DNA of 64,000 bases from Candidatus Zixiibacteriota bacterium (lineage in GTDB: Bacteria; Zixibacteria; MSB-5A5; CAIYYT01), in the NCBI GenBank assembly GCA_020853795.1, contig JADYYF010000044.1, forward strand, positions 1,058-65,057. Reading direction: 5' to 3'. This document shows positions 10,458 through 19,266 of the stretch, in pieces. Under the pieces are notes generated by a model. It searched no databases. It had not been told where the DNA came from and was given only the letters and a program-made list of their open reading frames with translations. Numbering within the stretch: position 1 is the stretch's first letter; each line of letters opens with the position of its first letter. The translations under genes were made by a program, and so were the position numbers.

Positions 10458-10829
10458 CTACTTCCGTTTGAGGAGGTACTTGCCGTCTTTGTCTTTCTCA
10501 AGCACCAGATCATATCTCGTGGCGTTAGCGTAGGAGAAGACCTCCAGAGTTGCCGTCTGCTTCTCAATGTGCACAGTCAGAATGCACTTGCCCTCTTCCT
10601 TGACGTTCAGGCGATACGCACCGAATTTGTCGGTAACCCCTGAATCCACGACCGCCGGCGTGACCGCAGCTTTGCCGGCTTCCGCCGGCTTGATCGGCGC
10701 AGTAATCGTCAGCTTGCTGCCCTCAGCGATCGGCTTGTCCCCCATCTTGATGTCGCCGAAAATCTTGCCGGCGAACAACTGTGTCAGCGGCAGCAGTGCC
10801 AAAATGATAATTCCTACTACGCGATGCAT
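10458..10829 (-). CDS. Small secreted hypothetical protein (beta-sandwich, carboxypeptidase-regulatory-like)
   Basis: Signal peptide; GGAGGAG RBS; VTDKFGAYRLNV motif; 3 nt upstream of the next gene. Confidence 0.6.
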   Translation of the reverse strand: MHRVVGIIILALLPLTQLFAGKIFGDIKMGDKPIAEGSKLTITAPIKPAEAGKAAVTPAVVDSGVTDKFGAYRLNVKEEGKCILTVHIEKQTATLEVFSYANATRYDLVLEKDKDGKYLLKRK

Positions 10830-10945
10830 TGTCTCCTCCTCAGATGGTTTCCACAGTTAAACAACAGTTCCACCCGGTCGTATCCAACAAATATTTGAGA
10901 ATTGCCGCCGGAACCCGCCCGCATTGTCGCTGCTGCGGTGCTGAG

Positions 10946-11518
10946 CTACGAACTCATTGAGAGGAAGTACTCTTGAAAGCGGAGCGTGTTGGTCAATTCG
11001 GGGTGGAATGCCGTTGCTATCACATTCTGGCGCCGGACTATTACGCTCTCGCCGCGGCACTTTCCGAGCACGTCAACCCCGGTTCCAATTGCCGAGATCT
11101 TGGGCGCCCGAATGAACACCATCTCCAGTGGCTCGGGTGTGCCGTTGACGCTCAGTTCTCCGATTTCGATGAACGACTCAAACTGGCGGCCGTAGCCATT
11201 GCGTTCGACCGCGATATCAAGTAGACCCAGCGGCGAAATCGTCGGGTCGTTGGTGACCGTACCGGCCAGCAAGATCATGCCGGCACAAGTGCCCCAGACC
11301 GGTTTTCGTTCGGCAAATTCGCAGATCGGTTTGTCTAACCCAGTGGATTTTATGAAGCGGTCGATAACTGATGACTCGCCACCGGGAATCACGAGGTAGT
11401 CGCACATGGACAACTGGGTGGCGGATTTCACCAGCCGCACCCCACATTTCAGCTTCTCGAAGGCTTCGCGGTGCTTCGCGAAGTCCCCCTGGAAGGCGAG
11501 AATTCCAACCGCAGGCAT
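10946..11518 (-). CDS. pdxT: Pyridoxal 5'-phosphate synthase glutaminase subunit
   Basis: GILAFQGDF, IPGGESS, WGTCAGMILLA, RNGYGRQFESF, FIRAP, FHPEL. Confidence 0.95.
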   Translation of the reverse strand: MPAVGILAFQGDFAKHREAFEKLKCGVRLVKSATQLSMCDYLVIPGGESSVIDRFIKSTGLDKPICEFAERKPVWGTCAGMILLAGTVTNDPTISPLGLLDIAVERNGYGRQFESFIEIGELSVNGTPEPLEMVFIRAPKISAIGTGVDVLGKCRGESVIVRRQNVIATAFHPELTNTLRFQEYFLSMSS

Positions 11519-11523
11519 AGTTA

Positions 11524-12399
11524 CTAACGGTACTGCAGCAGCTCTTCCTTCGGAAGCTTGCTGATCTCCAAGCCCACCATGGGATCACCAAGCATCCGTG
11601 ACGCTTCGAGCACAATGGCCGGGTCGTCGTAGTGCGTTGTCGCAGTTACGATGGCCTTGGCCAGGCGCGCCGGATTGGATGACTTGAAGATACCGGAGCC
11701 GACGAACACTGCCTGGGCGCCAAGTTTCATGCAAAGGACGGCGTCGGCGGGTGTCGCAATGCCACCGGCGGCGAAATTCGGGACGATCAGGTCCTGGCGG
11801 TCGGCAGTCTTCTTAACGAGATCCACGGGTACGCGGTATTCTTTAGCAGTCTTCTTGAGACGCTCTTTGTCGAGCTTTTTCAAGGCGTGGATTTCACCGT
11901 AGATTTGCCGCAAATGTCGAACGGCCTCAACGATGTTCCCGGACCCGGCCTCACCCTTGGTGCGGATCATCGCCGCGCCTTCGTTGATGCGACGCAAAGC
12001 TTCGCCCAGATTGCGGCAGCCGCAAACGAACGGAATCTTGAACTGGTGCTTCTCAATATGATTCTCTTCATCGGCCGGGGTTAGGACCTCCGACTCATCG
12101 ATGTAGTCGACTTTGAGCTCCTGCAGTAGTTCGGCTTCCGCGAAGTGACCGATCCGGCACTTGGCCATTACCGGGATCTGAACCATGGCCTTGATCTCTT
12201 CGATTTTCTCTACCGGCGACATCCGCGCCACACCACCGGCTTTGCGAATATCCGCCGGTACGCGCTCAAGCGCCATGACCGCCACTGCACCGGCATCTTC
12301 GGCGATCTTTGCCTGTTCGGCGTTGGTAACGTCCATGATCACGCCGCCCTTGAGCATCTCCGCCAGGCCGACTTTGAGCGTCCAATCTTTATCGTTCAT
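11524..12399 (-). CDS. pdxS: Pyridoxal 5'-phosphate synthase lyase subunit
   Basis: [55 protein letters not shown]; ATG 12399 with GAGGTG RBS. Confidence 0.97.
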   Translation of the reverse strand: MNDKDWTLKVGLAEMLKGGVIMDVTNAEQAKIAEDAGAVAVMALERVPADIRKAGGVARMSPVEKIEEIKAMVQIPVMAKCRIGHFAEAELLQELKVDYIDESEVLTPADEENHIEKHQFKIPFVCGCRNLGEALRRINEGAAMIRTKGEAGSGNIVEAVRHLRQIYGEIHALKKLDKERLKKTAKEYRVPVDLVKKTADRQDLIVPNFAAGGIATPADAVLCMKLGAQAVFVGSGIFKSSNPARLAKAIVTATTHYDDPAIVLEASRMLGDPMVGLEISKLPKEELLQYR

Positions 12400-12526
12400 A
12401 GCAAACACCTCATCTCGCTAATCCTCTATGATACGAAACGGCTGCACGCTGTTGCTGTGCCGTTTCGCACCGAACTAAGACAGTCTATATAATGGAGATT
12501 CGCCCAAAAGGCAAGTTGCGGATGGG

Positions 12527-13687
12527 TCAGCGGATGGCGACGGACATCTGGATCGCGCCAGTCTCATCATCCAAAGTGTCAAAGTCGGGACAGCGCACGA
12601 TCTGAGTCACAGCCTTGAGTGTAACCGACGGGTCCAATCGATAGCCAACTCCTAACTCCATGCGATTCAATGGGTAATCCCAGTCTTGTTCGCCCAGACC
12701 GGTTCCAAAGTCGAGCTGGGAGAAGCGAATTGTCTCAATGCGGCCGGCCAGATACCACTGCGGGGCGAATTTGTAGCGCAGATTGAGATAGGCGCTGTAC
12801 GCGTCGAGATTGCCAAAAATGGGGTGCTCCCAGCGCGTCCAGAACCCTTCGGCCAGCGCCTCGAGATAACCGTAGTCGAACAGTGTTCCGATGCCACCGC
12901 CGTAGTTGAGGTAGTCCTCGGCACTCTTGCCACTGTGATACCCGTCCTCGTATTCAGCCCCATTCGCTTCAAGACTCTCCAGCGACGACAAATACGGGCC
13001 GGCGAAGCCGTTGAGCATGATGGAGAGAGCCGACGATGCGTAGCAGGTTAGTTTCGCCGTGAATTGCGGCATGTCCTTCTCTGGCTGGATGGCCGGACTC
13101 GAGAGCGTTCCGCTGATCGCCGCGACCGACCAATCGAAGCTTCCGATCGCGCCATAGAGCTCCACACCGGTATTCCAACAGGCGTCATAGAGAATAGGCC
13201 AGCCATAGCGAGCATACCCGCGGCCACGCTGCCAAAACAGTTGCGCGGTACTGACCTGATCGGCACCCGGGTTAAGCGCGGTGTGGTAATTGTACATCAA
13301 CGGCACACTGATCAGCGGATTCTTGTCCGAATACGTCCGAGGTCCCCAGTAGCCGACGGTATTCGGAATCAGCCCGGCGTGCAGGTTGAGACTCTTGCCG
13401 CCGATTCGACTCAGGCGCACGTACGCGCCATACAAATGAAAGCGATCATTGTCGATTAGAATCTGCGTGAAGACGCTGGCATTCTCGGAGGCGGCGGCAT
13501 CGAAGAAGATGCGCGCGCGGATGAAGTCATAGTTGGAGAATTTCTTGAATGTCAAGTTCGAAACATCGGTCGCAGATCGATTGCGCGCGACGATGTCAAG
13601 CAGACCGCTGACTTCGAATTGCGCGCTCGCGAGGGAAGGGACCACTACCATCGCGGCAAGCAGCAAGATTCTGATGCCGACGATCAT
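12527..13687 (-). CDS. Putative outer-membrane beta-barrel (porin-like) protein
   Basis: Signal peptide, alternating amphipathic strands in the C-terminal half; ATGA-type overlap with the kinase stop. Confidence 0.55.
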   Translation of the reverse strand: MIVGIRILLLAAMVVVPSLASAQFEVSGLLDIVARNRSATDVSNLTFKKFSNYDFIRARIFFDAAASENASVFTQILIDNDRFHLYGAYVRLSRIGGKSLNLHAGLIPNTVGYWGPRTYSDKNPLISVPLMYNYHTALNPGADQVSTAQLFWQRGRGYARYGWPILYDACWNTGVELYGAIGSFDWSVAAISGTLSSPAIQPEKDMPQFTAKLTCYASSALSIMLNGFAGPYLSSLESLEANGAEYEDGYHSGKSAEDYLNYGGGIGTLFDYGYLEALAEGFWTRWEHPIFGNLDAYSAYLNLRYKFAPQWYLAGRIETIRFSQLDFGTGLGEQDWDYPLNRMELGVGYRLDPSVTLKAVTQIVRCPDFDTLDDETGAIQMSVAIR

Positions 13688-15468
13688 GCTGTGACGCCGC
13701 TGTTGAGATTCGACGCGGGGCTGCCATGACGGATGAGACTGGCGGGCAGGCGCATGATGAAGTGAGCGCCGCGGCTCTCTGCTGAGGAGACGCTTAACTC
13801 GCCGCCGTGATCGGCGACGATCTTGTGGCTGATGGCCAGTCCCAGGCCGGTGCCGGTCGATTTGCCGTGCGTGACGAAGGGTTTGAAGACATCCGCCAGG
13901 ATTTGTGGCGGAATGCCCGGTCCGTCATCCGTAACATGGATTTCGACGTGCTCAGGGTTGCAGAGAATCCGAACGAGCACGGCATGGCCGGGAGAGAGCG
14001 CCTCAAAGGCGTTGTTCAGCAAATTGTCGACCACACGACGAATCTTATGCTGATCGATGGCAGCGATGAATTCGGCGGGAGCTTCATAATGCAGGCCGAT
14101 CCGCTGGCGATCGTATCGTTCACGATGATGGTCGACTTGTCGCCGCAGGGTCTCAACCAATGGCACGTCCTCCAACTGCAGCGACTTGTTACCGTGCGCG
14201 TAGTCAAGCAAGTCCTGAGTCATGTTAACCATGCGCTGCACCTGGTTCTTGATGTTGCGGCAGTAGTCGGCGCGCTTGGCTTCACCGCCCAGGCCGTGCG
14301 TCAGCGCCTCGACGGACAGCGAAATCGCCGTCATCGGACTCTTGAAGTCATGGATGATTCCGGCCGCGAGCTGGCCGATGGTGGCCAACCGTTCGGCCTG
14401 AATCCGTTCCTCCTGCACACGGGCAATCGTCTCACGGTTGGTGAGCAGCGTCCGGCGCATGTTGTCAAAGCAGGTCGCAAGGTAGCCGAGTTCGTCGTCG
14501 CTCAAGGGAGTAATCGGATGTTCGAGATGGCCGGCGGAAATCTTGCCGGCGGCATCGACCAGACGATCAACCGCGGCCGTCAGCTTGGCAGCGGTATAAC
14601 GATAGATCATGAGGATGGCCAGAACCGAAGCAGCCAGAGTCAGCACGATCAGATAGAGCGAGATATTGGCGATGGCCGGTTGAAGTTGAGCATCGAGCGA
14701 GCGTACCAGAAGCACCGATAAGTCAGTGCCGGCACCGAGACGATGTTCGAGCAGCAGATAGTCTTCGCTCCCCAGCGCCCGCGTATGGACCGCCCGCGGT
14801 TTCGCCTGATCCAACTGGGCAGCCAACCGGACCACCTGTTCGCTGCTGCTGACGTCGACGTTGGTTGAAGCGACAATGCGACTTTGCGAAACCACGAGAA
14901 TCTCGCTGCCGGTCAATTGCTTCAGGCGGTGCAGCAGGTCATCATCAATACGATAACCAACCAGTAGCCGGCCCGCTTGTTGACTCGCCCCCAGCAACAC
15001 CGGGGCCGTAAGAATTTGATAGACGCAACCGTCGAGATAACTGAACATCCGCTTCTGCTCGTGCTCATAACGGCTGCCGATCAACGGCAGTGAGTCAATC
15101 GTAATCCGCCCCGGTGCATGATCCCGCGCGAAGACGCGGCCGGTCTCGTCGGCAATCACGAAGAGGTCAGCCTGAACAACCTGGCGAAAGTCGGCTACCT
15201 CGTATTGGGCGGTGGTGGGATCTCCCTCGGCCACAGCCGCCAGGAATCGCGGGTCCGACAGCAGAATGTCGATGCCGGTCTTCAGCAGGGCGAAACGAGT
15301 CTCGAAATAATTGTCGAGGACCAGGTCGGCAGTCTCGATTTCCTGCGAGAAATGGTGCGTATACTCTCTCTTAATGACGCCGCGGACGACGAAGAACACC
15401 ACGATGGCCCCGATGACGATCGTGCCGGTGACGAACAACTGGAATCTGCGTCCAATCGACAGGCGCAT
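13684..15468 (-). CDS. Membrane sensor histidine kinase (periplasmic sensor, HAMP, HisKA, HATPase)
   Basis: Two TM segments; HAMP (LSDDELGYLATCFDNM); H-box AGIIHDFKSPM; N-box NLLNNAFEA; DDGPGIP; GTGLGLAISHKIV. Confidence 0.92.
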   Translation of the reverse strand: MRLSIGRRFQLFVTGTIVIGAIVVFFVVRGVIKREYTHHFSQEIETADLVLDNYFETRFALLKTGIDILLSDPRFLAAVAEGDPTTAQYEVADFRQVVQADLFVIADETGRVFARDHAPGRITIDSLPLIGSRYEHEQKRMFSYLDGCVYQILTAPVLLGASQQAGRLLVGYRIDDDLLHRLKQLTGSEILVVSQSRIVASTNVDVSSSEQVVRLAAQLDQAKPRAVHTRALGSEDYLLLEHRLGAGTDLSVLLVRSLDAQLQPAIANISLYLIVLTLAASVLAILMIYRYTAAKLTAAVDRLVDAAGKISAGHLEHPITPLSDDELGYLATCFDNMRRTLLTNRETIARVQEERIQAERLATIGQLAAGIIHDFKSPMTAISLSVEALTHGLGGEAKRADYCRNIKNQVQRMVNMTQDLLDYAHGNKSLQLEDVPLVETLRRQVDHHRERYDRQRIGLHYEAPAEFIAAIDQHKIRRVVDNLLNNAFEALSPGHAVLVRILCNPEHVEIHVTDDGPGIPPQILADVFKPFVTHGKSTGTGLGLAISHKIVADHGGELSVSSAESRGAHFIMRLPASLIRHGSPASNLNSGVTA

Positions 15469-15471
15469 CGC

Positions 15472-16125
15472 TTACCTCACGTCGACTACGACCGACTCTT
15501 GCGCCGGCACCGTGACTTTCATTTCAATATCGGGGAGCTGCTCCTGCCAAACCTTCAGCACATATTCGCCGGGGGGCACATTCGGAATGCGATAATGCCC
15601 GTCGGGTCCGGTGACGGCAAAATACGGTTGTTCCAACACGAGGATATGGGCCCGCATGCTCGGGTGGATTTCGCAGAAGACCTTGATCAGACCCGGCGTG
15701 TCAAAGGTCACCGACTTGGACTTGCCCTTGGGATAGCGACCGAGGTCGAACTTCCTGGCTTTGGAGTAGGAGAAAACGTTGTGATAGACGGGATCGAGAT
15801 TCGGGAAGTCGACCGTTGTCCCGACCAGGATCGGCAGCACCGGCGGTTGGAACGTCTGGTCGCGTTGCAGCATCTGCGGCCGTTCGCTTGGCGGCGTAAA
15901 CGGTCCGGCCGCTTGGCCGACGAGATAGACGACGGCGGGCGCCTCCGGCGCAACTGCGCCCGATCTGGCGGAGCCGCCGCGACTTGGGTAGCGGTCGATG
16001 GCGGAAGCCGCCTTTTCCGGCGCGCGGCGTAGGAGCGTGCCGGTCACCGTCGTGGCGACCGCGGCGCCGCCCAGCGCGCCGGCGAACAGGCACGCCAGGA
16101 AACATGCAGGCAAACGGGTGACCAT
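15472..16125 (-). CDS. Secreted cupredoxin-like protein with C-terminal carboxypeptidase-regulatory-like domain
   Basis: FPNLDPVYHNVFS and VFCEIHPSM give a His/Cys/His/Met type-1 copper ligand set; YRIPNVPPGEYVLKVW; start 16125 or 16149. Confidence 0.75.
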   Translation of the reverse strand: MVTRLPACFLACLFAGALGGAAVATTVTGTLLRRAPEKAASAIDRYPSRGGSARSGAVAPEAPAVVYLVGQAAGPFTPPSERPQMLQRDQTFQPPVLPILVGTTVDFPNLDPVYHNVFSYSKARKFDLGRYPKGKSKSVTFDTPGLIKVFCEIHPSMRAHILVLEQPYFAVTGPDGHYRIPNVPPGEYVLKVWQEQLPDIEMKVTVPAQESVVVDVR

Positions 16126-16269
16126 ATCCCTATTTTCGGACGACGTCATAATTTATTGATATTGTGGGTCGACGAATACCATGACGACTTTCGCGCACAC
16201 GGCTCATCCGGCGCCGGCTGTTTCATCGCGGGACTTGTAATATCCGTTCAACTGGGTACTTTCCCGGCA

Positions 16270-17772
16270 ATGGAAGTCTTTGCCTATCACGATCGGGGCG
16301 CGACTTACCCGGAAGCGGCGCCGTTTCACCCGCAGGAGCTATACCCGGAAGCGCCGTTCGCCGAATTGGCAGCGGCTCCCAACGGTGCCTACGCGGCAGT
16401 CCGATCGTTGCTGGCGCTGAGTGGCTGGGACCGGTCCAATTTTGGGAGTGTGGACTGGAATCCGTTGCGCCAACTGGTGCGGCCGGGCGACCGGGTCTTG
16501 CTGAAACCGAATCTGATCAAGGAAACGCACCCGCGTCAGCCGGACGGCTGGAAGTGGATGCTGACGCATGGCGCGATCATTCGCGCGGTCGCTGACTATG
16601 TCGTCAAGGCACTGGATGGACGGGGCGAGATCATTGTCGCCGACGCCCCGCAGACCGACTCGTCCTTTGCGGCGGTGGTGCGTGTCCTTCAACTGGATCA
16701 GCTGGCGGCATTCTACCGGAGTAAGGGCGTGACCTTCCGGCTGATCGACCTGCGCAAATTTGAATGGGATGCCGTCGACGACGTGATCGTGGCGCGGCGG
16801 AACCTCGCGGGCGACCCGTTCGGCTACTTCACGGTCGACCTTGGCGCCGCCAGCCTGTTTTGCGGCCACCGCGGCGAGGGGAAGTACTATGGTGCCGACT
16901 ATGACACGGCCGTAATCAATGCGCACCACAGCGGCCGACGGCATGAATACGTCATCGCCGGTTCGGCGATCACCTGCGATGTGTTCATCAACCTGCCGAA
17001 AATGAAGACGCACAAGAAGACCGGGGTGACGCTCAGTCTGAAGAACCTGGTCGGAATCAACGGCGACAAGAACTACTTGCCGCACTACACCGAGGGTACT
17101 CCGGAAACAGGCGGTGACCAGTTTCCGCGGTTGTCAGCGCGCAGTGAACTGGAACGCCGCGGCCTGCGTCGAATCCGCAGTTTAGCCCTCAGGTTTCCCG
17201 GCGTGGGTCCTCGGCTGTACCGCCATCTCAAACGGGTTGGCACGGGCGTCCTCGGGAGTAGTGAAGCGGTGATCCGCTCGGGAAACTGGCACGGCAACGA
17301 TACCTGCTGGCGGATGTGCCTTGATCTTAACCGGGTCCTACTACACACGGATAAGGCCGGTCGGCTGAGCGAGCCGTCGCTGAATGGATGCCGGCGCTAT
17401 CTGACGATTATTGACGGCCTGATTGCCGGCGACGGGGACGGCCCGGTGGATGTCGATGCGGTCGCCGCCGGCCTTCTGGTGATGGGGACGAATCCGGCAG
17501 AAACAGACGCTGCCGCAGCGCGACTGATGGGACTTGATCCCGGCCGGCTGCCGATGATCAGAGAGGCTTTCACGCTGGATCGATTCGCGCTTGCGGAAGG
17601 TAACTGGGAGGATGTGAACCTGCAGAGCAATGTTGCGGCATGGTCGCGGCGGCTGGCGGAGATCGACGCTGCCGAAACCCTGCACTTCCGTCCGCACTTC
17701 GGCTGGCGCGGTCATGTCGAATGGCAGCCACCGCGCGTGATCGAGCCGTCCGAATTGGGTCAGTGGCGATGA
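16270..17772 (+). CDS. DUF362-family (Fe-S associated) protein
   Basis: GDRVLLKPNL, DVFINLPKMKTHKKTGVTLSLKNLVG, IIDGLIAGDGDGP; ATG 16270. Confidence 0.8.
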   Translation: MEVFAYHDRGATYPEAAPFHPQELYPEAPFAELAAAPNGAYAAVRSLLALSGWDRSNFGSVDWNPLRQLVRPGDRVLLKPNLIKETHPRQPDGWKWMLTHGAIIRAVADYVVKALDGRGEIIVADAPQTDSSFAAVVRVLQLDQLAAFYRSKGVTFRLIDLRKFEWDAVDDVIVARRNLAGDPFGYFTVDLGAASLFCGHRGEGKYYGADYDTAVINAHHSGRRHEYVIAGSAITCDVFINLPKMKTHKKTGVTLSLKNLVGINGDKNYLPHYTEGTPETGGDQFPRLSARSELERRGLRRIRSLALRFPGVGPRLYRHLKRVGTGVLGSSEAVIRSGNWHGNDTCWRMCLDLNRVLLHTDKAGRLSEPSLNGCRRYLTIIDGLIAGDGDGPVDVDAVAAGLLVMGTNPAETDAAAARLMGLDPGRLPMIREAFTLDRFALAEGNWEDVNLQSNVAAWSRRLAEIDAAETLHFRPHFGWRGHVEWQPPRVIEPSELGQWR

Positions 17773-19163
17773 TCGCGCGTGGACGGAAGTTGTATGAGCG
17801 CCTGGCTCTGCCATTGCAGCGGACGGTCAAAATCATTCCGTTCGCCTATCGCTTGGGCCGTGCCTATCGGGAAACGGCGCGCCTTCTGAGCGCAGCCGAT
17901 CGCTGGGATGATCGACAGATTCGCGCGTATCAGCGCGAGCAACTCAATCAGCTCCTGGAGCTAGCGATCCGCCGCGTGCCGTACTATCGGCGTTATCAGC
18001 GATTGTTGGGGCGCGACCCCTTCGACGCCTTGCGCGAAATCGAGCCGGTCTCAAAGCAGCAGATGCAATCGGCACTCGACGACTTCATCCTGCCAGAATC
18101 GCTTCGTGCCCGGGCACATGTGACCTATACCGGCGGCAGCACCGGCCGACCGCTGACAATTCATCAGAATCATGACGCCGTCGAACGCGAATGGGCGTTC
18201 ATCATGGCCTTGTGGCGGCGTGCCGGCTACCGACCCGGGGATCGCCGCGCGACCTTTCGCGGTGTTGAATTCCAATCCGGCAGCCGAGAGACTGTTCGTG
18301 AGAACCCGGTGTATAACGAATTGCTCCTCTCGCCATATCACTTGTCGGACGAGCATTTGGCTACCTACACGCAGGCGTTGGCCAAATTTCGGCCGCAATT
18401 CCTGCGTGGTTATCCCTCGGCGTTGGCGGTCTACGCGCGATTCCTGCAGAGCCGCGCCGGCAACGATCTGCCGCCGCTGAAGGCCGTGCTCTGCGGATCG
18501 GAAGGCTTGTTGCCCGGGCAGCGCGAGTTGATTGAAGCAGCATTCAAGGCGCGTGTTTACTCTTGGTATGGCATGACCGAGAAGGTCGTCCTGGCCGGCG
18601 AATGCGAAAACTCGAGTGTCTATCATGTCATGCCGGAGTATGGGATCACCGAAATCCTTGACAGCCGCGGCGAGTTGTTTGCACAGATTGGAACCTCCGG
18701 CGAAATCGTCGGAACCGGATTCCTGAATCGAGTGATGCCCTTCATCCGCTATCGCCTGGACGATTACGCGTCGATCACGGGAGACCACTGCCCGGCCTGC
18801 GGGCGCAGACATCTGCTTCTCAGTTCTGTGCAGGGCCATCGAGTGCAGGATGGATTGATCGGACGCTCCGGCGCCTTAATCTCGATGACGGCGTTGAATC
18901 TGCACGACGCCACATTCCAAGGCGTTCGGCAGTTTCAGTTTGTCCAGCGTGAGGTCGGCAGGGCAGAGGTGCTCCTGCGCATTGGCAGCGACTTCGATCC
19001 GGCGCGGCTAGCGGTGATTGCGCAGCGACTGGCAAACAAGACCGGCGGCGACGTTGCGTTCGAAGCCCGCGTCGTGGAGACTATCGATCAGACACAGATG
19101 GGTAAAGGTGTTTACTTGCGGCAATTGCTCCCTGTCGGCCGGACGGCCGGCTTAGAATCCTGA
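17769..19163 (+). CDS. Phenylacetate-CoA ligase / CapK-like ANL-family protein (capsule associated)
   Basis: YTGGSTGRPL, FLRGYPSAL, SWYGMTEK, MPFIRYRLDD; ATGA overlap with the DUF362 stop gives start 17769. Confidence 0.8.
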   Translation: MIARGRKLYERLALPLQRTVKIIPFAYRLGRAYRETARLLSAADRWDDRQIRAYQREQLNQLLELAIRRVPYYRRYQRLLGRDPFDALREIEPVSKQQMQSALDDFILPESLRARAHVTYTGGSTGRPLTIHQNHDAVEREWAFIMALWRRAGYRPGDRRATFRGVEFQSGSRETVRENPVYNELLLSPYHLSDEHLATYTQALAKFRPQFLRGYPSALAVYARFLQSRAGNDLPPLKAVLCGSEGLLPGQRELIEAAFKARVYSWYGMTEKVVLAGECENSSVYHVMPEYGITEILDSRGELFAQIGTSGEIVGTGFLNRVMPFIRYRLDDYASITGDHCPACGRRHLLLSSVQGHRVQDGLIGRSGALISMTALNLHDATFQGVRQFQFVQREVGRAEVLLRIGSDFDPARLAVIAQRLANKTGGDVAFEARVVETIDQTQMGKGVYLRQLLPVGRTAGLES

Positions 19164-19266
19164 TCTCCGGACTTGAAAAAACCGCGCGCATCAATTAGCC
19201 TTCACGCCGAAGGTCCGTTCAAGAAGCCGAGGAAACTCGGGAGAGGAATTCATTGTTGCAGAGGTT

